A stretch of 64,000 nucleotides of DNA from Octopus sinensis (lineage: Eukaryota): contig NC_042998.1 in NCBI RefSeq assembly GCF_006345805.1, forward strand, positions 69,998,001 through 70,062,000, read 5' to 3'. Under the pieces are notes generated by a model. It saw only the letters and a program-made list of their open reading frames with translations, ran no database searches and had not been told where the DNA came from. Position numbers and translations under genes: made by a program. This document shows positions 37,046 through 51,170 of the stretch, one piece after another (position 1 is the first letter of the stretch; every line of letters starts with the position of its first letter).

Positions 37046-40000
37046 ATATATTAAATTCGATTAAACTCAGTTAAAAATTCAATAAGAGGACAGGCAGCCA
37101 TCTTTTAAATATGGGCGACATATTAAATTTTCTGTGTTTTCCACATTCATGTATTGACATTCCTGTATTACTAATTTCCAGGGAGTAGTCGCATACCTTT
37201 GTAACTCCTGTCACTGCTTTATATATTTTTGTTGTTAGCCCGTTGATGTTTATGTTGCTTATAAGTTTTTAATAATTCGACGACGACTAAGTTTAACCTG
37301 TTTATTGTTGTTGCTATTTTATCGTGAAAATTTATTTCTGAGGAGGTGATTTTCGTTGACCCACATGAACAACTTCCTTTGATTTTAATTCTTTAACTAT
37401 TTCCGCCCTTTAGATAATTTTCATAGTCAAAATTTCCATCATTAGAAATTCCAATTGAAAAACATTTCCCACATTCTCTTCTAATGTGTCTGTTCATTCA
37501 TATTTCACTTTTGTTGGGTTGTTTTCTGCGGATGTTTCAGGGCAGAGTGGGATGGGCGATTTTGCTGCGTTTGTTCATTTTATTTGTTTTTGAATATGCT
37601 GTATCTATCTGCCCTGGGTTACATTCTCGACGTTTTTATTTTCGTTGTCAGTATTTTTTGTTATTTTGAATTCGGTGTTTATGTTTTCGTTATATAGAAG
37701 TCAACAAGAGTCGTAGAAAGGCAATGGGCAACATTAATAACTGCATTCTTACTTTGATCCCTGATGCTCTATATTTTCTTCTATGAATCTTACCACATTC
37801 ACTTCTAGGAATCTACAGTCTCAGGTTGCCACACTTATGTATATAGCCTTTTTAAAACAAATTTCTCTTCTTTTAGACTACAAAATTTAGGTCCATCTCG
37901 CTCCAGTCCAGTACCCTAAATGCGTTGTTACTTACAGCTTGTATTTTAAATATGTTGATGATACAGATAGTGTTCTTGTTAATTTCATAAGTGATTAATA
38001 TTATGTGATTATGTCAAAATTGTTTTTTCATTCTTGTTCAGACAAATTTCACACAAAGGGTTTTTACTCCTGTTCATGTCCAAATCTATAACTCTTATAT
38101 TATCTTCCATCCTTGGAGTTCCAAGTCACCTGCTTCACTGGTCTCAGTCTGCGTCGTTCTCTAGTATCTCTCTATTCCAAGGGACATATATTATGTCTTT
38201 CATAAACTACTTGATAATACTGTGGCGACTTTGGTGAAGGTTTCTCGCTCGTTAGATATTCCGCGGTACATTAGCGCAGACCTAGACGTCAGCCTGTTAT
38301 TTTTTAGTTGTAAAAGAAATAGAAAGAAGAAGTCAATTAGATAACAATGAAATGTTATTTTACAAGAAAGTAAAAGGAATCGAAGATTCTGGAGAAAAAA
38401 ACATTTCCAACAGTGGAAAATAATGGACAACATCTTGCTTGCCATTGTATTTCAGGAGTGGAAAAAAAGAAACCTTCCCTGACTTAGAAGTTGAAGGGTA
38501 CAGAGAAAGATCAACCGAGGATTTCAGTAAACGTCACATCAGAATCTGATGGACGACAACTCTACAACCAAATCAAGAGAAATCAACTTTCATGTTCAAG
38601 CAATGGCAAGTGAGAGCGTGCACAACGAAAGGCAAATTAATGTGGACAACATTGATAAGGATCAATGAGAGATCTTTGAAAAACTGAGGTATAAACTGAA
38701 GCACTATAGGCTTGTCTTAGAATCAGTTAATTTGGTGATCGTAGATCGAAGCAAGATTAAAGTAAACACATCAAAAGTAAAGATGTTGATTGATAAAATT
38801 AGCAGTGAAAATAGTAAAGAAATTAACACATTAATATTAACGGTTGGTAATGTAATTTCAGGCATGTTGGGCAGGGGTGGGGAACAAAAGAAAGGTATCT
38901 TGGTAGAAAACACTGATGTTAATAAAGATTAGTTGCCTTAGAAAAGCTATAAGCAAGTTACACTAGCTTGGCAAAATAAAGAGAGAAGTGAAAGGTAGGC
39001 TGGTGAGAAACGTATCGGGTAAGCAAAAAGGAACTGAAAGTTTCACTGAGGAGCTACAAATAAAGAGTGTAAAGACAAAAGCTTTCAAAATCAAAAACTG
39101 CGGCGAAACAATGAATATAAACAAAAGCACCAAGACCAATCAATCCAGATATTCCCGAGGGGAATGTGAGAAACAATAAATATAATAGGATATTAGAGAA
39201 AGGGAATTATTTTGGGGGAGAAATGAAGGAAAAAATGCGAAGCTTAGTGACTAAAGCAAGCAGAGACTGACACCGAAAGTGTTGAGGCACAGAATTTCAC
39301 TAGCAAGAAAGTAAAGGTTGAAAGCAGTTGGGATATAGCTAGTAAGTGGAAATTGCTGGACAAGATCTTGTCCATAGTTACTTGTTGAGAGAATGTACAA
39401 ATATTCATGAAACCATAGAAACATACCTAAATACGTGTCAAGTAGAGATGTGTCATTGAGGTTAACTAGAGGAAGAACTTGCCTGATATAGAAAAGCAGT
39501 TCAAAGGAAACGCTGTTTCAAGCTATCGACCAATTACGTGTTTACCACTTGTATGGAAACTGCTTACAGGGATAATTGCAAAAAAGATATACCAACATTC
39601 AAACAGGAAACATTTAGAACCTAGCGAACAGAAGAGTTGTTGGGAAAAAGAGCAGGGAACGAAAGACCAATTAATGATCAATAAGATGACATTGAGAAAA
39701 ACTTCAGAAAAGATAATGACAAATTCGTGCATCGCTTGGATCGATTATGAAAGAGTATATGACCTAGTTCCATCTTCGTGGATCAAACGTTGCCTAGAAC
39801 TGTTCAAGCTAATGGAAAATCTCTGTAAGAAAATGCAATGCGAAATAGGAGAGCAGTAATCATCAGAAAGGGAGAGATTAAGAGATGTACAGATTAGAAG
39901 ACTCTTTCAAGGGGACAGCCTGTTTTCCTATATTCTTCTTAACAGCACTGATCCATTTGTCGATTATTCTGAATAAAGCTAATGAAGGATATTCACTTAG

Positions 40001-40393
40001 AAAGGATTGGGTGAAAATAAATCATCACTTTCTCATGAACGATTTAAAACTTTATGGCAAATACAAGAATAAGCTGGTTTCTTTGATGCAAACCGCAGGA
40101 ATATTTAGTAGTGACACCGGGATGACATCCGATATTGATAAATCTGTGCTTTGATAGAGATAAAGCGTGGGAGAATCCTAAATAATGCTGGAATGGATTT
40201 TCCTGAGATAAGAGGGTCAGCTTCTTAGACGTAAAAGAAGCGTATAAGTGACAAAGGTAAAAAGTATGTAAGTTCTCAGCAAATAATTTTTTGTAAAATT
40301 AAAATTTTTAAATCCACATTAAATGCAAGAAATATCATAAAAACAATCAATTTGAAAGCAGTGCTACTAATAAGATATGAAGTAAGAATAATG

Positions 40394-40606
40394 TCTTTCA
40401 AATTTTGGTACAACGCCAACAATTTTGAGGGGCGGGTAGAGCCGATTACATCGACCGCCAGTAATCAACTGGTACTTATTTAATCGACCCCGAAAGGATG
40501 CAAGGCAAAGTCGTCATCGGCAGAATTTGAACTCAGATCGTAAAGATGGATGAAATGCCTCTAAGCATTTTGCTCGGCGTGCTAATGATTCTGCTAGCTC
40601 GCCGCT
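40394..40606 (-). mobile_element. SINE B2 inserted in the LINE
   Basis: TSD TATG(A/G)AGTAAGAAT at 40376-40389 and 40608-40621. Confidence 0.85.
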
Positions 40607-40764
40607 TTATGGAGTAAGAATCATTGCGCAGAGAAAGGATGAAGTGAAAAAGCGACAAACGTTACATAGCATGAATCATAATCGGATGCAGACCGATTAT
40701 ACTGGAAAATTACAGGAGGAAGAAATGGGTTAATGAGTGTTGAAGAGATTCTTTTTTATATCCT

Positions 40765-41150
40765 ATCATTTACTTGTTTCAGTGTTTAGCCTACGGCCAT
40801 GCTGGGACACCACCGTAGAAGATTTAGTCGAACAAATCGACTTCAGTCCTTTTTTCCGAACCTTTAAGTTACGGCGATATAAACAAACCAACACCTGTTG
40901 TCAAGCAGTGGTGGGGGACAAACAAAACCGCAGAGATACACACACACACGCACACACACGCACACACATACGCACATACGCACACACATACGCACATACA
41001 CAGGCACACACGCACACATATGCACGCATACACGCACACCTACACAAGGACACACTGGCCTTCTTTCAGTTTCAGTCTACGAAATCTAATTACAATGCTT
41101 TGGTTGGCCTGGGGCTATAATGTAAGACACTTGCCCAAGGTGAAACGCAA
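40765..41150 (-). mobile_element. SINE family A, head truncated, inserted in the LINE
   Basis: Both halves around a (CA)-rich centre. Confidence 0.8.
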
Positions 41151-41436
41151 TTGTAGAATTTGAGAAAACAGGATTAATATTCTACGTGGAAGAAAAATTC
41201 TTCTCAAGAAGGTGCTAAGGGAAGGATTATTTACTCATTTGGCAGAGTTCAACTTGAAAAGTACACAGGAAAACGTGAGAGAAAATCAAACTTTGCTAGA
41301 GGGAAGCACCACTTTCAAAAAGAAATCATAAATAGGATATGAAATGGACTGCTCACTTTGATTAAAATATGATATTATTAAAAGAAGTGACTGTATGATT
41401 GATTTTAGTAGCATAAAATAAACTTTTCAGGTAAAA

Positions 41437-41826
41437 CTGGCACTTTGTCGGTTCCAGTTGATCCGATCAACAGAACAGCCTGCTCGTGAAAGTAACGTGA
41501 AAGTGGCTGAGTATTCCACACACAGGTGTACCTTTTTCTTTATTGCCCACAGGGGGCTAAACATAGAGGGGACAAACAAGGACGGACACGTGTACTCCAC
41601 ACACAGGTGTACCCTTAACGTAGTTTTTAGGGAGATTCAGCGTGACACAGAATGTGACAAAGCCGGCACTTTGAAATACAGGTACTTACTCATTTCAGCC
41701 AGCTGAGTGGAATGGAGCAAAGTGAAATAAAGTGTCCTGCTCAAGGAGACAATGCATTGTCAGGAACTGAACTCACGACCTTACGATCGTGGGCTGAATA
41801 CCATAACCACTAAGCGACGCGCCTTC
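41437..41826 (-). mobile_element. SINE with C-type head and E-type tail
   Basis: Head and body like 831-1172; tail like 25440-25605; contains a short B1 insertion. Confidence 0.8.
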
Positions 41827-41961
41827 ACCCTTCGGGTAAATCGTATCAAAAGAATACTAAATAAGCAGAACTGTTCACACAAATGTAGATTGAGCGGCGA
41901 ATAATATGAGATTATGGCTGACATTCATCAGAATGTGCTCAACCAACTCAAAACGAATATA

Positions 41962-42118
41962 CAGGAGTGGGTGTGTTGTAAAAAGCTTGCTTACCAAAGA
42001 CATGGTTCTGGGTTCAGTCCCACTGCATGGCACCTCAGGCAAGTGTCTTCTACTATAGCCTCGGGCCGACCAAAGCCTTGTGAGTGAATTTGGTAGACGG
42101 AAACTGAAAGAAGCCTGT

Positions 42119-42178
<60 letters not shown>

Positions 42179-42337
42179 ATGTAAGATACAGAAATATTTT
42201 TTTTTATTCTCAAACGCGTCATAATGCTAATAAATAGCGTGATCAGGATGAATTATCCATACATTGCAGAAAAATACGTTACCGGCCGGCCATGTGATTA
42301 TGCATCAAGTGTTTTACCATTAAGCTAAACTACCCAG

Positions 42338-42373
<36 letters not shown>

Positions 42374-42790
42374 AGATACAGAAATATTTTTTTTTATTCT
42401 CAAACGCGTCATAATGCTAATAAATAGCGTGATCAGGATGAATTATCCATACATTGCAGAAAAATACGTTACCGGCCGGCCATGTGATTATGCATCAAGT
42501 GTTTTACCATTAAGCTAAACTACCCAGTAAATATATATATATATGTGTATGTATGTGTGTGTGTGTGTGTGTTTGTGTGTTTGTGCGTGTGCGTGTATGT
42601 GTGTGTTTGTCCTCCACCATCACTTGACAACCGATGTTGGTGTGTTTACGTCCTCGTAACCTAGCGGTTCGGTAAAATAGACCGATAGAATAAGTACTAG
42701 GCCTACAAAGAATAAGTCCTGGGGTCGATCTGTTCGACTAAAGGTGGTGCTCCTGCATGGTCGCAGTCAAAATGACTGAAACAAGAAAAA
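41962..42790 (+). mobile_element. SINE family A with a duplicated insert in its central microsatellite
   Basis: 5' half 41962-42120, 3' half ~42590-42790. Confidence 0.85.
42181..42530. repeat. Two identical 160-bp units, period 190, separated by (TA)n
   Basis: 42181-42340 equals 42371-42530. Confidence 0.95.
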
Positions 42791-43252
42791 GAATAAAAGA
42801 ATATGATAAACTTGTTGCAAGACTGCAATGGAATTTTCGCCATATGTTTGGATTTGAATGCGCTGAGGAAAGAACTATGATTATTTGGATGGCAACAGAA
42901 ACGCAAGTACTTGAAAAGGTTGAAGTGAGTTTTTATGGGATTACTGAAAGAAGAATAAAACACAACAAACCAGTTTTGAACTCATTGACAATGGAAAACT
43001 TCGTCTTGTTAAGGACATGGTATGTCCATAAAATAAGCAAGTCAAGAATAAGGGGAAAGAAAAAGCAGAATATTAAACCGAATTGGAGTTTGAAATTCTC
43101 AAATGCTGGAATAAAAAAGCTGGCGAAGTCATGTTTTTGTCGACTACTTTTAATACTTTCAGAAATGTGACGAAGAATTTGAGCGTAAATTCCCGGTACA
43201 CATAATAGCTTCAATCTGCAGTATCACAATATTGGATACTTCGTGAGTCTTC

Positions 43253-43310
<58 letters not shown>

Positions 43311-43335
43311 TAATAATAATAATAATAATGATAAT

Positions 43336-43560
43336 AAAAGACTTGCTAATAGAAATTTAAAAAATGTGGCATCTCAAAGCGACTACAGTGCCAGTGATTG
43401 TAAGATTTCTAGGAATGATAAAAAAAAGGTACTGAAACCTATTTGAAAATGATACCAGGCTTACCATCCGTACACGAAGGGCAAAAAATCGTGTTAACTG
43501 GAACGGTTCATGTACTGAGAAGAGCATTATCGCTGTGAAAACAACATCCATTCTAGAATT
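43336..43560 (+). mobile_element. R4/Dong-like LINE, extreme 3' fragment
   Basis: KDLLIEI*KMWHLKATTVPVIV...GMIKKG...IPGLP...QKIVLTGTVHVLRRALS*. Confidence 0.75.
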
Positions 43561-43654
43561 TATTTATTTATTAATTTTTTAAATACATATTTTACCTGTA
43601 AATTTGCGTGTGCAATCTGAGAATGCATACAGTGCGCTTCTCTGCCCTAGAGAA

Positions 43655-44400
43655 AATTCTTTTGTACTCTAGGCACAAGGGCAGCAATTTTTGAGGAGGG
43701 GGCCAATCGATTAGATCGACCCCATTACACAAAACTGGTATTTAATTTATCGACCACGAAAGGATGAAAGGCAAAGTCGACCTCGGCAGAATTTGAACTC
43801 AGAACGAAATACCTATTTCTTTACTATCCACAAGGGGCTAAACACAGAGAGGACAAACAAGGACAGACAAACGGATTAAGTCGATTATATCGACCGCAGT
43901 ACGTAACTAGTACTTATTTAATCGGCCCCGAAAGGGTGAAAGGCAAAGTCGACCTCGGCGGAATTTGAACTCACAACGTAACAACAGACGAAATACGGCT
44001 ACGCATTAGCACGTCGGACGAAATGCTGAGCGGTATTTCGTCTGCCGTTACGTTCTGAGTTCAAATTCCGCCGAGGTCGACTTTGCCTTTCATCCTTTTG
44101 GGGTCGATTAAATAATTACCAGTTACGCACTAGGGTCGATATAATCGACTTAATCCGTTTGTCGGTCCCTGTTTGTCCCCTCTGTGTTTAGCCCCTTGTG
44201 GCTAGTAAAGAAATAGGTAGTTCGTCTGCCGTAACGTTCTGAGCTCAAACGCCGCCGAGGTCGACCTTGCCTTTCATCCTTTCGGGGTCGATTAAATAAG
44301 TACCAGTTACGCATTTGGGTCGATGTAATCGATTTAATCTCTCTATCTGTCCTTGTTTCTCCCCTCTATGTTTAGCTCCCTGTGGGCAATAAAAAGATAA
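43655..44400. mobile_element. Cluster of four SINE B units arranged - - + +
   Basis: 43655-43811(-), 43812-44007(-), 44008-44217(+), 44218-44400(+). Confidence 0.9.
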
Positions 44401-44484
44401 ACATTACACAGCGACAGTTAGACAAAGAACACTATGGACAAGCATAATTAATTTGAATGTTGTCTGAATTTATATGAAAGTCCT

Positions 44485-44577
44485 TGGACTCATGATCGTA
44501 AGATTGTAGTTTCGATTCCTGGACCAGGCGACGAGTCGTATTTTTGAGCAAAGCACTTCACTTCCTGTTGCTCCAGA
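44485..44577 (+). mobile_element. SINE C head fragment
   Basis: CATGATCGTAAGATTGTAGTTTCGATTCC...TTTTGAGCAAAGCACTT. Confidence 0.65.
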
Positions 44578-45139
44578 ATGCCAGAGATGTTAATAATGTT
44601 ACCAGCAATAGTTCTGGTAACGATAACAACATTGCTATTACGATTGACGTAGCATCGACAATGTTAGTGGTATATGTCTTACTACGCCCGGTCAGCGTGT
44701 TTTTTTTTGTTTTTTTTTTTCAGTGACCAATAAATCTAGTCTCTGTTGCTTCTTGAATTCGGCCACATTCCATAACAGCTGGACATGAAGTTGACAGAAC
44801 GGAGAGAAGAAATTTTTACGAGCAGTTGGCACACCCTTAAGATATGCTCTCATAAAGACCAACACAGATTAAGACATGCTTTCAGCAATGTACAAATGCG
44901 GATGACATAGCCCATTCGTCAGTTTCATTAGCCAAATATCCAATTAAGCAATTTCCTATATGCTTGCTTGCTTATTCACAGCACTAGATAACAGGGTTTG
45001 AATATACAATGTATCGTTTCAAAAGATGGAAATAAAGAAAATATAATTAAAGTATAAAATAGATACTGTATTTAGCGTGTCGAGTGAAATAATATACGTG
45101 ACCGTATTTAACCCTTCTAGAAAAATTATAAACAATTAA

Positions 45140-46589
<1,450 letters not shown>

Positions 46590-46590
<1 letters not shown>

Positions 46591-46810
46591 TTTTTACTTG
46601 CTTCAGGAATTGGACTGTGGCCATGCTGGAGCACCGCCTTGAAGAGTTTAACGAACAAATCGACCCCGTACTTATTTGATCCTGGTACTTATTCTAATAG
46701 TCTGTTTTACCCTAACCCTTACCCGAACCACTATGTTGCGGGTACGTAAACAAACCAACACCGTTTGTCAAGCGATGCTGGAGGACAAACATAAAAACAC
46801 AAACACTTAG
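46590..46810 (-). mobile_element. SINE family A, 3' half
   Basis: CCATGCTGGAGCACCGCC...ACGTAAACAAACCAACACCG on the plus strand. Confidence 0.8.
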
Positions 46811-46824
46811 ATAAATAGAAACAT

Positions 46825-47120
46825 ATATGTGTGTGTGTGTGTGTGTGTTGGGTGTGTTTGCTTGTGCGTGTGTTTTGTATGTATATGTGTGTGTGTTTGG
46901 TGTGTTTGTTTGTGCGTATGTTTTGTGTGTGTGTGTGTGGTGTGTGTGTTGGGTGTGTTTGCTTGTGCGTGTGTTTTGTATGTATATGTGTGTGTGTTTG
47001 GTGTGTTTGTTTGTGCGTATGTTTTGTGTGTGTGTGTGTGTGGTGTGTTGGGTGTGTTTGCTTGTGCGTGTGTTTTGCATGTATGTGTGTGTGTGTGTTG
47101 TGTGTGTGTGTGTGTGTGCG
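46825..47120. repeat. GT-derived minisatellite, ~100-bp unit x3
   Basis: GGGTGTGTTTGCTTGTGCGTG recurs at ~46850, ~46951 and ~47050. Confidence 0.85.
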
Positions 47121-47847
47121 TGCGAAGGTGAAGGTGAATATTTTATGCTGTGGATTGGAGAAGGAAACCAGGGATTTCTCTGATGATCGGTCAACAATCC
47201 ATGAAACGGTCCTCCGAAAATTTTCCTTCACTTTTACTGCACATTAAAAGTATAGAAGGAATTTGTTTATTTCATTGACATTTAGCCTTCGTGAAATTCA
47301 AAATTTAATTCAAATTTTTCTGCTTCACGCTGCTGTGCGTAAAATATAGATTGTTTAATTAACGACGTGCTCATATAAACCCCAAATTGCTAGCTTAATT
47401 TATAACTGTTCCACATTGTTACTAACTATTCTATGCCATTGATTGAAGGAATTAATTAGGCATGTCTTCCCTGAGGAATATTAAACAAACAGTAAAACGG
47501 ACCATCAAGAGACTCCTAGCCTCCTTTTTCTGCACATGGAAAGCATTGAAGGAACACGTTTCCATTCTAATGTCAACGAAAGCTAAGCCTTATGTATATA
47601 TATATATATATACATGTGTGTGTATATATGTATGTATACGTATATATATGTATGTATATACATGTATGTACCTATATGTATGTATGTATTATATATATAT
47701 ATATATTAGAGAGAGAGAGACAAAGAAACAGAGAGGGAGAGATAAAGAGATACATCTATCCATCTATATTGTAGATGGATAGTTGTATGTACATATATAT
47801 ATATATATATGTGTGTGTGTGCGTGCGCAGGTGTATGTGTGTTTGTT

Positions 47848-47890
<43 letters not shown>

Positions 47891-49170
47891 CAGAGACAGA
47901 GACAGAGAGACAGAGACAGAGACAGAGAGAGAAGTTATCCACACCCACGAGCGCGCATATACACACACACACGTGTGTATGTATGCGTATATATATGTAT
48001 ATTGACTAAAAGCCCCATAGTATAAAATATTAAAGCTACGTCCAGACTGTGTATAATGGCTATTGTGGCTGTATTATTGTAAAACTTAAATAAATATAAT
48101 TGAATATTTCACAGCATAGAAGCAAAGTTGCAAAAATAAAATAGAAATAAAATAAAATAAAGAAAGATTGAAACAATCAATTCTTGGTGAATGAATAGTT
48201 GTAAGCAACTATTCAATCACGAACGATAGACATTTTAACGTTTAGCGAACCTCGAATCTGTGGCTGATCATAACAAAAGAAAACTGCAAACTGTAAATAG
48301 ACACGAAATTCGTGTATGTTTGTTTTCGAGGCTATTAGTGTTGTTGTAAATGTTAGTGCTGTTGTAATTGTTCAATCAAGCCAACCTTGTTTGAGCCGAC
48401 CTATTATCAGAAACTATCCAGCTATGACCATCCCATCCTTCTTTTACAGCCATCATGTTCCTAATACTAATTATCTAATGTTGTCTTAGATGAATTTTGT
48501 TTTGTCTTTTATGAAGACAGCATGGTGTGGTTTAAAGAAAATGTTGCTGCTACTTCTAGCAGGTTGAGCAACCACTTAAAGGATTCCCTCATTGACTCGT
48601 AGATATTAACGTTGTAATGAATGGCTGTTTCGTCTGGGAATAAAGATGTTAGTCTCCACTTAAGCCAGTCCATACTAACATATTAGAACCGACCATCATC
48701 TCTCGCTTAAAAGTCTTTATCACATCGTGTGATCACATGCCTCCTGCAAGCATCTAGATTTATTGATCGCATGCAATCGACCAGTGATTTTTTTTAGGAT
48801 ATGAAAGATACGTTAAGCCTCTTTCCAAAGTGCTTGTGTAGAGAAATTTAGAGTGTATGATTACAGATTCTTTAGAGTTACTCTGTGGGTCTTGTACATA
48901 TCATTCAAGAGCAAGGATGCAGCCTTTCTGATCGAAACAGTTTTAATGTATCTTCTTTTTTCAATTATATGGTTTCTGCAGCGGCATTATACAGTGTAGA
49001 ATTTAAGTAGGATTATTTATCATTCGTGCTAGCTTCGAAGCAATGTGGGATTCTAATGCTTCCAGTCCAGGCTAATATCTATGCTGAGTTTCAAGTAAGT
49101 GAATTTCTTAATGTTTTTTTTTATTTATTCTGTACTGTCGTAGAAGGCATGCTGGCAATTCTTAGTATAA

Positions 49171-49335
49171 TGGTTTCAAATTTTAGCACAGAACGAGCGG
49201 TTTTGAGGGCAGAGGAAGTCAATTAGATCGACCCGAACGGATTAACGGTAAAGTTGAACACGGTGGAAGTTGAAACCAGAACCTAAAGACGGACGAAATG
49301 CCGTGAAGTATTTTGTAGTGCTGATATTACTCTCT
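49171..49335 (-). mobile_element. Degraded SINE B2
   Basis: GGTTTCAAATTTTAGCAC tail, GACGGACGAAATGCCG block. Confidence 0.55.
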
Positions 49336-49413
49336 GTTAAGATTCAGAGTAATGGCAACACTAACACATGTGCGTCCCTGTATGTATATATATATATATA
49401 TACGTGTGTGGTG

Positions 49414-49449
<36 letters not shown>

Positions 49450-49516
49450 TGTGTGTGTTTGTGTGTGTGTGTGTGAGCATGTGTCTACTTACACACATAA
49501 CACACACATGTATGTA

Positions 49517-49700
49517 CAGTCGCGGCCAAAATCTTCAGAACGGCATTGTTTTCGTCAGAAAAGTAGATATAATTTGACCGCCATAGGTTTTGCAGTAAAT
49601 CACTAAATCATCCATAACTTTTGTATTATCCTCTCAAATTACACCGAAATCTCAGACAATAACAATTAATATTGTATTTATTGTCTGTGAAAATTATAGA
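49517..49700 (+). mobile_element. Possible Tc1-type left end
   Basis: TA-CAGTCGCGGCCAAAA start typical of Tc1-family TIRs; no matching right end. Confidence 0.4.
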
Positions 49701-49737
49701 ATATAAAACAACTTTGATAAAAACTTATACCTACTTT

Positions 49738-51170
49738 TCTGACTGCATTGATAATTTTCGACCCATCACTCTGCTAAACACAGAGTTGAAGATTTTGGCC
49801 AAAGTGTTCTCGAAAAGATTAACGCGTGTCGCGGATGGCTTGATCGGGAAGACACAGGCATGTGCTGTTTCCCGGTAGAACCATTCAGGATAATCTCCAT
49901 CTTCTACAGTACACTGTAGAAGGATTTCATAATGATTCTTGCATGGGAGGGACAGTGGTCGATTTAGACCAATCAAAGGCTTTTGATAGGGTAGACCATC
50001 ATAACCTGGTGTCTGTTCTGGCACAGTTCGGCCTGGGTATTAGTTCCTCAGGTGGATCATTGAAATTTATAACAACATCGACTCGGTAGTTCGGGTGAAC
50101 GGCTTTTTATCTAAGCCGCTCAGCTTCAAACGCTCGGTTCGTCAAGGGTGTCATCTCTCCCCGCTTTTGTATATAATGGCTCTTGAGCCATTACTGCCAA
50201 AATTGAACCAGGGAGGGCGGAGGTGGCCAATGTGTTCATCGCATCGGTCATCACCTACCGCCTAACCCTCGTTCCCTGCCCTGATTTGTGGTTGAGCAAG
50301 CTGGAAAGACAGTTCTTCCGCTTCTTGTGGAAGGGTTCCAATACGCTTGTGAGACGCTCAATTTTCTGCCAACAACCGTTAAAGGGTGGGCTAGGGATGC
50401 CTTGGCTGATGATGCACAGGCACGCGCTGAGGTTGAGGCATCTGTGGCTCCATCTGGATGGTGGTCAGGTGTGGTCTCCGCTGGCGAAACAGTTGTTTCC
50501 CAAGTTCACTTGCTTCGGTAGACTGGAGATCTGGTTGTATCGTAGATCGAAGTTGGGTACATGGTGTAGGGAGTGTCGTAAGGCTTTCCGGATATTCCAT
50601 CTCTCGGGCAACATCTGCGGTAGTGGTTCTACCACATTCTTCTATAGAGGGTTGGTAGAGGCGAAATGTGACGATAGCTTGGGGAAGCCCTAGGTCTCGA
50701 CAATGATCAGCTGGACAATCTGTTCCAACGTACATTCGGGCCGAAGACACTGGATAACTTCCAGACGTCTTTGGCATGGCAATGTTACCGGGGTGCTTTA
50801 CCTGTCCGGGACAAACTCGCAATCATGGTGGCCCTAACCCACTGACCTTTCCAAGATGTGGGCGAGTCAGGGAAACCGTCCCGCATGCTATTGTTCAGTG
50901 TTCGGTGGTTTCAGATGTGTGGGTTTATGCCGAACAACTATTGTCTAGTACAGGAAGAGTACAGTTATCGACTGAGTCAATAGTAAAAATTGACCCACCG
51001 TATTTTCTATCGAAAGAAGGTAAGAATTGCTTTCTCATCGTAGTAGCAATTGCAAGAAAGGTGATTTGGAAGACGCGAATAAAAGGTTTAATAACAGACA
51101 TTTTTATCACTGGTCCTGGGTTGGTGAATTTATTCACCTTCCACCTCAGAAGGAAAATAGGGCTAGAAAC
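49738..51170 (+). mobile_element. Tx1/L1-clade LINE ORF2 relic with internal deletion
   Basis: NFRPITLLNTELKILAK, DLDQSKAFDRVDH, VRQGC.LSPLLY, KGGLGMP, FPRCG..RETVPHAIVQC; YADD region absent. Confidence 0.85.

Larger units (their letters stand above)
38450..43337 (+). mobile_element. Near full-length degenerate R4/Dong-like LINE with nested SINEs and (AAT)n end
   Basis: YRPITCLPLVWKLLTGII, AWIDY, NDLKLYG, HDKLVARLQW and HNKP motifs in order; 5' limit uncertain (clear from ~39290). Confidence 0.75.

Noticed and set aside
46710-46724. Telomere-like CCCTAACCCTTACCC
   Set aside because: Only about two units inside a SINE.
46825-47120. CRISPR-like regular repeats (also 53515-55392)
   Set aside because: Eukaryotic microsatellite-derived units, no unique spacers and no cas genes.
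47180-47212. CTGATGA...GAAACGGTC hammerhead look-alike
   Set aside because: Flanks cannot form helix I and helix II does not pair.
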